From positions 15,664-79,663 of the forward strand of contig JALOQM010000001.1 of assembly GCA_025453495.1 (NCBI GenBank): a DNA stretch of 64,000 nucleotides, written 5' to 3'. How positions within the stretch are numbered: position 1 is the first letter of the stretch; every line of letters starts with the position of its first letter. Of the stretch, positions 30,867 to 41,691 are shown piece after piece. Both the position numbers and the translations under genes were made by a program. The notes below the pieces were generated by a model. The model made no database searches. It was not told the DNA's origin and saw only the letters and a program-made list of their open reading frames with translations. Source of the DNA: Minisyncoccota bacterium. Lineage in GTDB: Bacteria; Patescibacteriota; Minisyncoccia; Phycocordibacterales; UBA9973.

Positions 30867-31539
30867 TCATTGTTTAAGAACCTCTACATCCTTGTTTTGC
30901 ACTCAGCGTAGATTTAGGGACCTTATTTAGAGATCTGGGCTGTTTCCCTTTTGACTGATGGAGCTTCGCCCCCATAGTCTAACTGCTACGTTGTAACTCT
31001 TGGTATTCGGAGTTTGATAGGTGTCGCGAGATTGCTCCCTGTCGAAACCTTCCAGTGCTCTACCCCCAAGAGGATCACGTAACGCTAGCCCTAAAGCTAT
31101 TTCGGAGAGAACCAGCTATTACCAGGTTCGATTAGCTTTTCACTCCATACCACAGGTCATCCGAAGACGTTGTACGATCTACCGGTTCGGGCCTCCCCCC
31201 GACCTTCGTCGGGGTTCACCCTGCCCATGGCAAGCTCACCTGGCTTCGGGTCTTATGTGTGCTACCAATTACGCGCTATTAACACTTGGTTTCCCTGGGA
31301 CTCCCCCCGCCTCACTTTTCGAAGTCTCTTGTCTTTCGTTTTACAACAAACATGAGACCTCACATTTTTGATGCTCCTTGTATTTCAAGGAGTTTCAAAA
31401 AGTGGGGCGGGGTTAGCCGAGCAACACACATAAACTCGTTGGCTCATTCTTCAATAGGCACGCCGTGACGGTAGCAAGCTACCGCTCCGACTCCTTGTAA
31501 GCATACAGTTTCAGGTCTATTTCACCGCCCTTATCGGGC

Positions 31540-31581
<42 letters not shown>

Positions 31582-32282
31582 TTTAAGAGTATTTAGCCTT
31601 GCCGGTTAGTGCCGGCAGATTCCTCCAAGCTATTCGTGTCTTGAAGTACTCAAGAACAGTGACAAAGAAGATATGTTATTTTCGTCTACAGGGCCATCAC
31701 CTTCTGCGGCGTTGCTTTCCAGCAACTTCAACTAACAACATATTTTTTGACTTCTCTAGTAAACTACATCACTGCCTTACAACCCCGACATCCGAAGACA
31801 TCGGTTTGGGCTGTTTCCTTTTCGCTCGCCGCTACTTAGGAAATGTCGATCTTACGATCATTGTTTTCTGTTCCTCCTGGTACTGAGATGTTTCACTTCC
31901 CAGGGTGCGCTCCCGCGTGCGTTCGCACGAAGGCTCTCGAGGGTTGCTCGAGAAGGTTTCCCCATTCGGACATCTTCGGGTCAAAGGTTGCTAGGCACCT
32001 CACCGAAGCTTATCGCAGCCACGCCACGTCCTTCATCGCCTCTTAAAGCCAAGGCATCCACCGTATGCTCTTAATTTCCTATTAGGAAATTTAAAAATCA
32101 CACTTGCACTCCGACACAAGGTCGGAGTTTGTTTTCTTCACGATGCGACCGCTCGCCCCATGAAGAAAACGACTTGCTATACAATTCTTACCTACCTGTC
32201 TCAACACGGCTCAAAGACCCAGAAAGTCTGGTGTGTTGGACAGAATGCAATTATCAATCAGCTGTCTTCCGGTCAATTGTCT

Positions 32283-32312
32283 GAACTAAAAAACCGCCTG
32301 GCGGCGGCAAGC
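32283..32312 (-). terminator. Terminator-like hairpin plus U-run in the 23S leader (possible attenuator)
   Basis: Minus-strand GCCGCC-gcca-GGCGGT followed by TTTTTT, ~200 nt upstream of the 23S 5' end. Confidence 0.25.
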
Positions 32313-32383
32313 AAAAACGAGCGAACGTTTATTACTTGCGCCGTAGTTGTCTGTTAGTTGTTTTCATATTTACAATGTCCCCA

Positions 32384-32411
32384 AGTATATAGAAATAAAA
32401 AAAGAAGTCAA
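32384..32411 (-). promoter_or_regulatory. Candidate sigma70-like promoter for the 23S-5S operon
   Basis: Minus-strand TTGACT, 16-nt spacer, TATACT, ~300 nt upstream of the 23S 5' end. Confidence 0.2.
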
Positions 32412-32559
32412 CCCCATATTCTATTTTGCTGATGTGTAAAACATATTGAGCTTTCCAAAGCAGCAATAGGACCAAAAACTACAGGGTCAGAGATATTAAA
32501 GCAATAAATAAAAAACCCTGACACCATAGTGGCATCAGGGTTAAAAAAAATTTTGTAAC

Positions 32560-32973
32560 CTACTCTTGCTTATATGATTGTCGCATAGCAACAATCTGCT
32601 TGTTGGGATCATTGACTGGATTGTGTCCGCAAGCAGAGATGATATTGCCATGCGAATCAAAAAATAAATCATTCTGATACTCCAGGATAATCGGCGACTT
32701 CAATTTCCAAATCTGTCCTTTAGCCACCCAGCGTTCAAGATCATCTTTTTGCCAAGAGGTTCGGAAACTGAAGCCATGGTAATAACAATCAGGTAATTCC
32801 GGAAAAGAAGTAAAATACTGCATCCGCCGGAGCGACACATCCGATGGGAAATTGTCAGGATACACATACTGGACGTTCAGTTTTTTCTGCTTGATCTCTT
32901 CCACGGTCAATTTACTGGGATCAAACTTTATGGACGTTTTTTCAGGTCCAGGTGATTGTTTCTTCATAGGCAT
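32560..32973 (-). CDS. Hypothetical protein
   Basis: 137-aa ORF with no recognisable domain. Confidence 0.3.
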   Translation of the reverse strand: MPMKKQSPGPEKTSIKFDPSKLTVEEIKQKKLNVQYVYPDNFPSDVSLRRMQYFTSFPELPDCYYHGFSFRTSWQKDDLERWVAKGQIWKLKSPIILEYQNDLFFDSHGNIISACGHNPVNDPNKQIVAMRQSYKQE

Positions 32974-33043
32974 CTGTGTATTGGTGAGAACGTATATTAC
33001 TAAAAAGTATCTTACAACAAATTCTATACTTTGTCAGCAATTC

Positions 33044-33070
33044 AAAAAAGCCCCGTATGGGGCTTTTTTG
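33044..33070. terminator. Bidirectional rho-independent terminator
   Basis: agccccgtatggggct hairpin flanked by an A-run and a T-run. Confidence 0.5.
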
Positions 33071-33089
33071 TGTGAAAGGTGTATACGAC

Positions 33090-33779
33090 TTAGTCGTTGT
33101 TTTTCATATCACCACTCATCTTGTCAATAGCGCGAGCTGCTGCATCGCGACCACCAAGGCCAAATGCAAGACCACCGGCGATTGTAAGCATAGCGACGAG
33201 ACCAGTGAAGAGGATCTGCATGAACTGTGGTGCGACACCAAGCTGTGAAAGCGCAATAATAAATGCAAAGATCCAGACTGCATATCGAGCGACTGTTGCT
33301 ACCATATTTGCGCGAGGCATGTGTGCTGCCTTTGCAGATGATGCGACAACACGACCGATTGCATTGGCAATAATAGCAGCAAGGACAAGGATAAGTGCTG
33401 CGATGACCACCTGTGGCAAGTACGAGAGTACTACTTCACGGAGGAAGTCATTTACCTGATTGAGACCAAGAATCTCAAGTGAGGTCATGAGGAACACTGC
33501 AAGGATAAACCAGCGGACAACTTCACCAAGGAAGTGGCCTACGTTGAGTTTGATTCCTGCGCGACCAAGCATCTCGTCTGCGCCGGCACTCTGGAACACC
33601 TTGTCTACCTTGAGTGACTGCATGATCTTGTCGATCGCCTTGGCGATGACATCAGCGACTACCCAACCGACGATGAAAATAATGATCGCAACCAAAAGAT
33701 TTGGGACAAAGCTGATGAAGCCGTACCAGAGATTCTGAAGCGATGAGCTGAACACTTCTCCCCATGTTTGAATAAACAT
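33090..33779 (-). CDS. Membrane protein with repeated conserved TM-helix units (MscS-N-terminal-like 'TM helix' family)
   Basis: Repeated hydrophobic helices each followed by a short charged linker; no channel body. Confidence 0.4.
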   Translation of the reverse strand: MFIQTWGEVFSSSLQNLWYGFISFVPNLLVAIIIFIVGWVVADVIAKAIDKIMQSLKVDKVFQSAGADEMLGRAGIKLNVGHFLGEVVRWFILAVFLMTSLEILGLNQVNDFLREVVLSYLPQVVIAALILVLAAIIANAIGRVVASSAKAAHMPRANMVATVARYAVWIFAFIIALSQLGVAPQFMQILFTGLVAMLTIAGGLAFGLGGRDAAARAIDKMSGDMKNND

Positions 33780-33911
33780 TTTGAAAATAGGTGCGCCATA
33801 ATGGCGCTGTTATATTACTGCTAATAAAATTTAAAATGACCTTTTACAGTCGTATATCTATTATACCAATTTTCGCATACACGCACAGATGTATGTGGAT
33901 AAAAATGACGC

Positions 33912-34583
33912 TTAGCGACCAAGAGGAATACCGGTCATATCGAGTATTTTTTCGTGCGGATAGTCGAGGATATCGCGAATCAACTTGTCTTGCATATCAA
34001 GACGGTAGAGGAAGTCATTTGTGGTAAACAGAGCATAGACCAACTCGCGGCCAATCTCAGACTCAAGTGAACGCAAGACAGCCTCGATTGAACTTCGCTT
34101 GAGTCCATCACCGACAATCATAAGGTCAACGCGACTGTCTGGATTCTTGATGAAGACACCTGCGACAATGCACAGCTTGAGCTTCCCTGCAGAACGAAAA
34201 CGCGAAAGCAAATCTTTGTGTTCAAAAGAACTATTCTCGATAAGGAGTTGGCGAAGTGCCTTCAGATGACTATAAGAGAAGACAAGCTGCCAGCCCGCGA
34301 CACGCTTCTTTGATTTCACTAGCTTCTTGCCCGACTTCTTCTCAAACTCTTTGAAGAAGGTTTTTGTTTTTACGAAGCCTGCTGCTTCGAGAATACGCAT
34401 TTCGCGTGGAAGTTGCTTCTTCGATACTTTGCTACGAGACATAATATCAGTGGCATCAAATACTGCTTCAGAGTTGAGCAAAAAGAGACGCATAATCTTC
34501 ACGCGTGCTTCAGAGCCAAATAATTTTCCGAGTGATTCCATCCTGTAGTGAAAAATGGTATCGCCCCTGAGGGCGAAAACCAA
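33912..34583 (-). CDS. Hypothetical protein, possibly with a winged-helix N-terminus (start likely the Met near 34541)
   Basis: ARVKIMRLFLLN resembles an HTH recognition-helix region; otherwise no match. Confidence 0.3.
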   Translation of the reverse strand: MVFALRGDTIFHYRMESLGKLFGSEARVKIMRLFLLNSEAVFDATDIMSRSKVSKKQLPREMRILEAAGFVKTKTFFKEFEKKSGKKLVKSKKRVAGWQLVFSYSHLKALRQLLIENSSFEHKDLLSRFRSAGKLKLCIVAGVFIKNPDSRVDLMIVGDGLKRSSIEAVLRSLESEIGRELVYALFTTNDFLYRLDMQDKLIRDILDYPHEKILDMTGIPLGR

Positions 34584-34748
34584 TTATGATTACTTGTTAA
34601 TACTAGCGCTGTTTGTGATTTATCTCAATGACCCCTAATTTCTAATGCCATTTTCTACTACGGGATCCACAATTACTTCGATACTAACACAAATTGGAAA
34701 TAAAAAAATCCCTCCTTAATCATAAAAAGGGATTTTAGTGATTACGTA

Positions 34749-35138
34749 TCAATCGAGCTCAACTACTGAAATGCCGTCGGCTGTAAACAAAAAAGTAGCG
34801 GGATCGAATATATACTTCTGCAGTATTCCTTCTTCTTCGACAGCAATGTGTGGCTTCTTGATAAGACTATTTAATGCCAAATTAACAACCCCAACTGCTG
34901 TAGTCCCATTATTACAAAAACCCTGGTAACTTCCATCAACTCGTTCTGGATTAGCCAGAAGTCGAATAGCAGCTGAAAAAAGAAAAATTTCATTTGCTGC
35001 TGTTATCCTCTCACTATTAGTATACAAATGAGGCTTTGCACCAATAGCAACAAGAGCTTTAACAAACAAAATAAGAGACGGATACTCCTTCAAAAAAGAT
35101 TCATCTCCTTTCAAAAATACTTTGAGTTCTTTGCTCAT
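34749..35138 (-). CDS. Hypothetical protein
   Basis: 129-aa ORF. Confidence 0.3.
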   Translation of the reverse strand: MSKELKVFLKGDESFLKEYPSLILFVKALVAIGAKPHLYTNSERITAANEIFLFSAAIRLLANPERVDGSYQGFCNNGTTAVGVVNLALNSLIKKPHIAVEEEGILQKYIFDPATFLFTADGISVVELD

Positions 35139-35424
35139 GGTTGTTTTTTTAGTTCTATCAGTACTCTACACCTAGAGTATTCGAAAAACAACCAAGGTTC
35201 CCACAAGCACTTTTTTTGGGAAACAATACTACTACAACAAAGACTGAAAAATATGAACGATTACGGTGATAGGTAAATCTATTTTAAAGATGAGATGCAT
35301 AGAAATCATGTGGCCAATGAAATACAATAATACATACTTACGTGTAACAAAAAACACTCAAGAGAGTGTTTTTTGTGTTTCATTCAAGCTCAATCCTTCG
35401 ACAAGCTCAGGATTCCATTAAAAG

Positions 35425-35796
35425 TTATTTCAACTCCACTTTTCCTCCCGCCTCTTCGATCTTCTTCTTGATGTCTTCTGCTTCTTCTTTCTTTGCACCT
35501 TCCTTGAGAGTTGCAGGGATATTGTCTACCATGTCCTTTGCCTCCTTAAGACCAAGACCAAGTGCTTCCTTGACGACTTTCATAACGCCGATTTTCTGCT
35601 CACCTGCATTTGTAAGAACAACAGTAAAGGTATCCTTTTCTTCTGCACCGCCTTCTGCAGCACCTGCTGCAGGACCTGCTACAGCGACTGCCGCAGCTGA
35701 GACACCGAACTTCTCTTCGATAGCTTTCACGAGCTCATTGAGTTCAAGCACTGATGCGCCTTCGAGTTCTGTGAGAAATGAATCAAATTTTGCCAT
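35425..35796 (-). CDS. rplL: 50S ribosomal protein L7/L12
   Basis: Ala/Glu-rich hinge and the conserved C-terminal domain ([19 protein letters not shown]). Confidence 0.9.
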   Translation of the reverse strand: MAKFDSFLTELEGASVLELNELVKAIEEKFGVSAAAVAVAGPAAGAAEGGAEEKDTFTVVLTNAGEQKIGVMKVVKEALGLGLKEAKDMVDNIPATLKEGAKKEEAEDIKKKIEEAGGKVELK

Positions 35797-35873
35797 AGAT
35801 GTAATAAATAAATGAATAATACAGTATGCTCCTTACCCTAAATCCACCTTTTGCGGATTAGGCAAGCAGTACA

Positions 35874-36365
35874 CTAGTTTGTTTTTTTAGCCGCAACAGC
35901 ATTGACTGCGATAGCCAAACGCTGCATTGGAGACTTGAGCAAGAATGCAATTTGCGAAAGCAATACTTCACGTGAAGGAATCGTTGCGACACCTTCCATC
36001 GCACTCTTATCCATATACTTGCCTTGGAATACGCCACCAAGAATTGAGATGCTTTTTTTATGTTCCTTTTGGAAATTGTATACACCACGTGCCGCAGCAA
36101 TCGGATCAGCTGAGTAGGCGATAGCGACTTCACCAGTAAGGTCGGGCATCTCTCCTTCGATACTTGCAGCATCGAGCGCGCGCTTGAGCAATGTCTTTTT
36201 TACTACTTTGTATGATGCACTATCCGCACGAAGGTTCTTGCGGAGATTTGTTGCATCAAACACAGTGAGCCCCTTGAAATTTACAAATACGACGGATTGT
36301 GCTCCATCAATTGTAGTTGCAAGTTCTCCCTGTATCTTAACTTTATCTTCTTTTTTTAATGCCAT
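35874..36365 (-). CDS. rplJ: 50S ribosomal protein L10 (start set at MALKKEDK)
   Basis: L10 homology and position immediately upstream of rplL. Confidence 0.85.
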   Translation of the reverse strand: MALKKEDKVKIQGELATTIDGAQSVVFVNFKGLTVFDATNLRKNLRADSASYKVVKKTLLKRALDAASIEGEMPDLTGEVAIAYSADPIAAARGVYNFQKEHKKSISILGGVFQGKYMDKSAMEGVATIPSREVLLSQIAFLLKSPMQRLAIAVNAVAAKKTN

Positions 36366-36626
36366 GAGAATCAGTTGCTCGTTAGTTGTGTAGGTATAGT
36401 TTGACTGCAAATATATTGCACCATACCCAAGATACAAAACGAGAACCTTAAAAAAATAAATCGACCAACGGCCGTAGAAGTTGCTCTCATATAGACAAGA
36501 GCGACACCTCGGCAGGGCTTCTGTTCCATTTCTCTGGAACCGCCTGCTGTCTTAAGCCACGAATGCAGTCTATCCTAGACGAGCAATTTGTCAATAAAAA
36601 ATAGCCATCCCTCAAAGGAGAAATGG

Positions 36627-37481
36627 CTATTGTGTAAGTAGATTTGGTTTTTTGGAAAGTAGCATTCCAGTATTTCCATACCAGATGTACCATTTTTTTT
36701 TATTTACTGGCGACTCTTCCCAGACAATACACACGGCGTTGTTGTCACCATGGCATGCACCGCACGCGATCCGTACGACATGTTCATCAACGGCAGTACC
36801 ATACATACGCACCCATACGACTCCTCCATCTGAAGTGAGTTTTGCTAGAAAGAGATCTCTTTGTCCATTGCTTGTACAAAGCGTATTCGTGCCAAGTACT
36901 GCAGTTTGAGAAAATGAACCAGCGACGTATACATGCCCACTATCGTTGCTAGCAAGTGAATAGGCTTCGTCATCTCCAGCCCCGCCTGCAATCACCTTTG
37001 CCCAGAGGTTGTGACCGTTGTCGTCATACTTTGCCACAAAGCCATCATAGCCTCCTTTTGCAGACAATACTGCTTTTGGAAATGGACATGCTAGCTCAAA
37101 GGTCCCAGCGACGACTACATTGCCGTAGTGATCAACAACTATGTCATAGCCAATTTCACTATTTGCAGTACCAGAGATAGCACACCAGATGCGAGCACCA
37201 TAGTGAGTAAACTTTGCGAGATAAAAATCCATCTCGCCTTTTGCCGACACGAGTGTGTCACCAAAGCGCGCTATACCACGAAATCCGCCGACGACAAAGA
37301 CATTGCCTTTTTCGTCATAGAGCTTCCGCATGATGTAGATTTGGTTGTTGCCGTTATCTACATACACTGACGTGACGTCATTTTTTGTAATTGCCAGTGT
37401 AGCTGGTGCTTCCGTATTTGCATTTGCAAAAACAGAAGTACCAAACAATACAGCAATACATACGTTTTTTGTTTTGTTCAT
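36627..37481 (-). CDS. Secreted beta-propeller (SBBP-repeat) protein
   Basis: Signal peptide (start set at the second Met, MNKTKNV...FANA). Repeated G..D.G..YV.G.F motifs typical of SBBP/beta-propeller repeats; paralogous to the proteins at 61025 and 62788. Confidence 0.5.
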   Translation of the reverse strand: MNKTKNVCIAVLFGTSVFANANTEAPATLAITKNDVTSVYVDNGNNQIYIMRKLYDEKGNVFVVGGFRGIARFGDTLVSAKGEMDFYLAKFTHYGARIWCAISGTANSEIGYDIVVDHYGNVVVAGTFELACPFPKAVLSAKGGYDGFVAKYDDNGHNLWAKVIAGGAGDDEAYSLASNDSGHVYVAGSFSQTAVLGTNTLCTSNGQRDLFLAKLTSDGGVVWVRMYGTAVDEHVVRIACGACHGDNNAVCIVWEESPVNKKKWYIWYGNTGMLLSKKPNLLTQ

Positions 37482-37854
37482 TTTTTCTGTTTTTGTGGAA
37501 CATTTCAGAATAGAAATTACCATATTAAGTTATTTATGTCAATGTTTTATGGTAATGAGTAACTAAGTCTTTTGTTTGTATAAACAAAAAAGTACCTCAG
37601 GCATTGCTGCCAGAGATACAAAGGGTAAAAGGTACAAAAGCAAAGGCCCTATTTGGTCAGTTGCGGAACCACCACGCGATGGCGGTGAGCCCAGCCACTT
37701 TGTGGCCGGAAGTCTCATTGAACGGTTGGTTGCTCATTTTGCTTAAGGATTTTAATGTGCTTTGTCGGTTTTTTAGCGCTCTGTCCGACCAGAGATGTAA
37801 TATACTATTACTGAGTAAAATAATATAATATTATTTATAAAAGTCAAATTTACA

Positions 37855-37885
37855 CACAAAAGCCCCTTGAGGGGCTTTTGTGAGA
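37855..37885 (-). terminator. Rho-independent terminator immediately after rplE
   Basis: aagccccttgaggggctt hairpin with flanking T/A runs, directly 3' of the rplE stop. Confidence 0.5.
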
Positions 37886-37889
37886 GAAG

Positions 37890-38429
37890 TTATTTCTTAA
37901 ACGGCACACCGATGAGTTCAAAAAATGCTGTCGCTTCTTGTTTAGTCTTCGCTGTTGTTACAAGTGTGATCGAGAGACCGAAGACATCTTTGATTTCCTC
38001 ATCAACTGTCTCTGGGAAAATAGTATGTTCTTTGATAGAGAGAGTCATGTTGCCGATATCATCAACTGCTGTGCGATTGAGTCCGCGGAAGTCCTTTGTG
38101 CGAGGAAGTGACACAGCAAAGAGTTTGTCGAGAAATCCGTACATGCGAGCACCACGAAGCGTCACCATGACACCGATTGCATCACCTTGGCGGAGCTTGA
38201 AACTCGCGATTGATTTCTTTGCACCACGAAGTGCTGGCTTCTGGCCAGTAATCTTCGCAATACGGTCAGCAATGAGGTCATTTCTATTTTTGTCTTTTTT
38301 AATACCTGAACCAGTACCGACATTGACGACTGCTTTGAGGAGTCGAGGGGCAGCCATTTTGTTTGTATACCCAAACTGCGCCTTGAGGGTCTCGAATGCT
38401 TTCTGTTCTTTTTGTTTTACGCTTTGCAT
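37890..38429 (-). CDS. rplE: 50S ribosomal protein L5
   Basis: Full-length L5 homology. Confidence 0.9.
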   Translation of the reverse strand: MQSVKQKEQKAFETLKAQFGYTNKMAAPRLLKAVVNVGTGSGIKKDKNRNDLIADRIAKITGQKPALRGAKKSIASFKLRQGDAIGVMVTLRGARMYGFLDKLFAVSLPRTKDFRGLNRTAVDDIGNMTLSIKEHTIFPETVDEEIKDVFGLSITLVTTAKTKQEATAFFELIGVPFKK

Positions 38430-38450
38430 ATGAGTTCTGTTATTGAAACG

Positions 38451-38756
38451 TTAGATTTCCTGTTCGCTCTTACGGCTAATACGGATCTTTTTACCTGCGA
38501 CTATCTTTGTCCCAGCGCGAGTCTGTACACCTTTCTTCGGATCGATGAGCATGAGATTTGAAGCTTGGATTGGCATAGCAGTATCAACCATTTTGCCCTT
38601 TGCATCCTGGCGGCGCGCACGTTCATGCTTCTTGACCATATTGACTCCCTCGACAAGTACTTTACCTGTTGCTCTAAAGACCTTAAGCACCTTTGCTTTT
38701 TTGCCCTTGTCTTTACCAGTTACCACTATGACATTGTCTCCTTTTTTTATCTGCAT
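38451..38756 (-). CDS. rplX: 50S ribosomal protein L24
   Basis: KOW motif (MQIKKGDNVIVVTGKDKGKKAKV). Confidence 0.9.
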   Translation of the reverse strand: MQIKKGDNVIVVTGKDKGKKAKVLKVFRATGKVLVEGVNMVKKHERARRQDAKGKMVDTAMPIQASNLMLIDPKKGVQTRAGTKIVAGKKIRISRKSEQEI

Positions 38757-38767
38757 GGGATTGTTGT

Positions 38768-39139
38768 TTAGAGTACCTCAGGTGCGAGGGAAATAATCTT
38801 CTGATAACCAAGTTCACCGATTTCACGAGGAATCGGACCGAAGATGCGACCTGCCTTCGGCTCAGATTTGCCTTTCTCAAGGATGACGACTGCATTATCA
38901 TCAAAACGCACATACGAGCCATCCTTACGACGAAAAGCATTTCTTGTACGGACGACAAGTGCATGATGCACATCTTTTTTCTTAATCGCCTTGCGTGGTT
39001 CTGCGATTTTGACAGAAATCACTACGACATCACCAATTTGTGCATAGCGCTTCTTTGAACTACCAAGAATCTTGAAGACCTTTCCGACTTTTCCGCCGGC
39101 ATTGTCTGTTATCTTTACAACTGTTTCTGTCTGTATCAT
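38768..39139 (-). CDS. rplN: 50S ribosomal protein L14
   Basis: L14 homology (MIQTETVVKITDNAGGK...). Confidence 0.9.
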   Translation of the reverse strand: MIQTETVVKITDNAGGKVGKVFKILGSSKKRYAQIGDVVVISVKIAEPRKAIKKKDVHHALVVRTRNAFRRKDGSYVRFDDNAVVILEKGKSEPKAGRIFGPIPREIGELGYQKIISLAPEVL

Positions 39140-39141
39140 GG

Positions 39142-39393
39142 CTATTTCGTTACTACGATAAACGACTTATCTTTTGACATCGGACGGCACTCCTCGATGA
39201 TCACTTTGTCACCGACCTTGCAGGTATTGTCTGCATCATGCGCCTTATACTTCTTGCTGCGCTTGATGTATTTTTTGTACTTTGGGTGCTTAATGAAGCG
39301 AGTGACTGATACCACAGCTGTCTTGTCCATCTTGTCACTTGTAACGACACCCGAGAGTGTTTTTCTATTCTTTTTTTGTTCGGTGTTTTTCAT
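39142..39393 (-). CDS. rpsQ: 30S ribosomal protein S17
   Basis: S17 homology. Confidence 0.9.
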   Translation of the reverse strand: MKNTEQKKNRKTLSGVVTSDKMDKTAVVSVTRFIKHPKYKKYIKRSKKYKAHDADNTCKVGDKVIIEECRPMSKDKSFIVVTK

Positions 39394-39396
39394 AGG

Positions 39397-39585
39397 CTAT
39401 TTGTTTTTTGATGAAAGCACAGTCAGTATGCGGGCAATTTCTTTCTTAAGAAGTGATCCCTGTTTGACATTCTTGCTCTTTGCACCAGAAGCAGCAAAAC
39501 GAAATGCGCGAAGCGCGTCACGCTTCTCAGTAAGCGCCTTCACTAATTCAGTATCCTTCATGTCTTTAAAATTCAATTTCTTCAT
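39397..39585 (-). CDS. rpmC: 50S ribosomal protein L29
   Basis: L29 homology. Confidence 0.85.
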   Translation of the reverse strand: MKKLNFKDMKDTELVKALTEKRDALRAFRFAASGAKSKNVKQGSLLKKEIARILTVLSSKNK

Positions 39586-39596
39586 TGTAGTGTCAA

Positions 39597-40019
39597 TTAT
39601 TGTGCTTCTTCACGAGAAAGGACTTTTGTCTTTACAGGAAGCTTAGTACCGGCTTTGCGGAGTGCTTCACGTGCTATCGCTTCATCGACGCCATCCACTT
39701 CAAAAATAATACGACCTGGACGAACTTCAAAGCAGTAGCCGTCAAGATCACCTTTACCTGAACCCATGGGTACTTCTGCTGGCTTTGAAGTAAATGGACG
39801 ATCTGGAAAAATACGGATCCATACCTTACCAGCCTTCGTCAACTTACGTGTCATTGCTTTACGAGCCGACTCTATCTGGTTTGATTTCACACGAGCGCCA
39901 GTAATTGCACGAATACCGAAAGAGCCAAACGAAATTTTAGTACCGCGTGTTTCAGGGACGAGCTTTGCCTTTCGCTGAACCTGCCATTTTCTGTGTTTTA
40001 CTTTCTTTGGAAGTAACAT
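39597..40019 (-). CDS. rplP: 50S ribosomal protein L16
   Basis: L16 homology. Confidence 0.9.
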   Translation of the reverse strand: MLLPKKVKHRKWQVQRKAKLVPETRGTKISFGSFGIRAITGARVKSNQIESARKAMTRKLTKAGKVWIRIFPDRPFTSKPAEVPMGSGKGDLDGYCFEVRPGRIIFEVDGVDEAIAREALRKAGTKLPVKTKVLSREEAQ

Positions 40020-40033
40020 AAAATATACAAAAA

Positions 40034-40714
40034 TTATTTCTTGGTGTACTCTCGCTTATCTTTATCAAACACCTCACCACGATAAATCCATACCTTGATG
40101 CCGATGTCGCCATACGGAAGATGTGCTTTCTCTCGAGCAAAATCAATATCAGCACGGAAGGTCTGAAGTGGGATTGAGCCACGCTTTATTTCTTCAGTGC
40201 GTGCGATTTCAGCACCACCAAGACGACCTGAGAGTACAAAACGTACACCACGTACTTCGCGTGCACTCATGACCTTTTCTGCCATTTGTTTCATGATGCG
40301 ACGGAATGTCATACGCTTTTCAAGTCCTTCAGCAATCGCGTAGGCGACGATATGCGCATCGGCGTCTGGAGACTGTACCTCGACAATATCTATCTTGAAG
40401 TCTTCAGGCATCTTGATACCACGCTTTGTCATCATCTTAACAAGACCAGCACGAAGCTTTGTTGCCCCTTCACCATTTCTACCGATGATCATGCCAGGAC
40501 GTGAAGTCTTAATGATAAGACGAGTTGCCTTCTGGCCTCTTTCGATCTCGATCGAAGAAACATATGATCCACGAAGTGTCTTTCCAAGAAATGAACGGAT
40601 AGTGACATCAGCGCGAAGATAGTCTTTGAATTTTTTTGGGTCAGAAAACCAACGAGATTTCCAGTCTCTGAGGATAACAAGTCTATGTGCGTATGGGTGG
40701 ACTATTTTTGACAT
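40034..40714 (-). CDS. rpsC: 30S ribosomal protein S3
   Basis: KH domain and S3 C-terminal domain. Confidence 0.9.
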   Translation of the reverse strand: MSKIVHPYAHRLVILRDWKSRWFSDPKKFKDYLRADVTIRSFLGKTLRGSYVSSIEIERGQKATRLIIKTSRPGMIIGRNGEGATKLRAGLVKMMTKRGIKMPEDFKIDIVEVQSPDADAHIVAYAIAEGLEKRMTFRRIMKQMAEKVMSAREVRGVRFVLSGRLGGAEIARTEEIKRGSIPLQTFRADIDFAREKAHLPYGDIGIKVWIYRGEVFDKDKREYTKK

Positions 40715-40722
40715 AAAAAAAA

Positions 40723-41127
40723 TTATTTTTCGGATGTAGGTTCCTCTAGTTTTTTCGACACTTTTTTAGAAGCTGAAACAGAGCGAGACTTCTCTTTCGG
40801 TGCTCGCTCTTCAAGTTCTATCAAGACATGACTCGCACGTTTGTTGATCCGTGTCGCCATACCATGTGAACGTGGCTGGCTGCGCTTCATTGTGACACCT
40901 TTGTCAACTCGCACATCTTTGACATACAATAATTCTTCTTTTACAGAAAAATTCTGCTTTGCATTCGCAATTGCTGACGCAAGTAGTTTTCTGATAGGTT
41001 CAGCTGCGCGCTTTGCCAAAAACGAAAGTTCAGCATCAGCGGAACTTGTCTGCTTTCCCTTGATAAGTCCGGCTACAAGTCGGACTTTTCTTGGTGATTG
41101 TCTATAGTTTGCGAGTACTGCTTTCAT
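40723..41127 (-). CDS. rplV: 50S ribosomal protein L22 (with Lys-rich C-terminal extension)
   Basis: L22 homology. Confidence 0.9.
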   Translation of the reverse strand: MKAVLANYRQSPRKVRLVAGLIKGKQTSSADAELSFLAKRAAEPIRKLLASAIANAKQNFSVKEELLYVKDVRVDKGVTMKRSQPRSHGMATRINKRASHVLIELEERAPKEKSRSVSASKKVSKKLEEPTSEK

Positions 41128-41146
41128 GAAATATCAATTAATTGAG

Positions 41147-41494
41147 CTATTTTTTCTTTGAATCACTAGCAGAAGACTTTGCTGCCTGTGCTGCTGCTAT
41201 TTCTGCTTCTTTCTTTTTCTGCTCAAGCTCTTTCTGCATCTTACCGCCATGTTTTGTAAACTTACGAGTAAGTGAGAATTCACCGAGTCTGTGGCCAACC
41301 ATATCTTCTGTAACAAGGACATCAAGGTGCGTCTTGCCATTGTGCACACCAAAGGTAAAACCTACCATTTCTGGAGAAATCTGCGATGCACGTGCCCATG
41401 TCTTAATAACCCCTGTTTCAAGAGGCTTCTTGCCAGCTATCTTCTTGAGAAGACGCTCGTCAACATATGGTCCTTTTTTAAGTGATCGAGTCAT
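41147..41494 (-). CDS. rpsS: 30S ribosomal protein S19 (with C-terminal extension)
   Basis: S19 homology ([11 protein letters not shown]...). Confidence 0.9.
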   Translation of the reverse strand: MTRSLKKGPYVDERLLKKIAGKKPLETGVIKTWARASQISPEMVGFTFGVHNGKTHLDVLVTEDMVGHRLGEFSLTRKFTKHGGKMQKELEQKKKEAEIAAAQAAKSSASDSKKK

Positions 41495-41526
41495 ATAAAA
41501 ACAAATAGCTCCGATGAGCTCCCGGT

Positions 41527-41555
41527 ATACTATACAAAAAGCCTAGTAATGTCAA
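41527..41555 (-). promoter_or_regulatory. Candidate internal sigma70-like promoter upstream of rpsS
   Basis: Minus-strand TTGACA, 17 nt, TAGTAT, ~30-60 nt upstream of the rpsS ATG and downstream of a hairpin that follows the inserted membrane-protein gene. Confidence 0.35.
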
Positions 41556-41691
41556 ACCCTATACTAGATTTTGACGGAGCATCCAAGCCATCACCTTTCC
41601 TATAGCCAGAACAATTACTACAAAAAACAGACAATAAAAAAAGAAATCACCTGCAGTAGAGCGGTGATTCTTAAAATACAGTTATTCACAA

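Noticed and set aside
32160-32357. 65-aa plus-strand ORF in the rRNA leader
   Set aside because: It lies in the antisense strand of the 23S leader and processing stem, so it is most likely non-coding.
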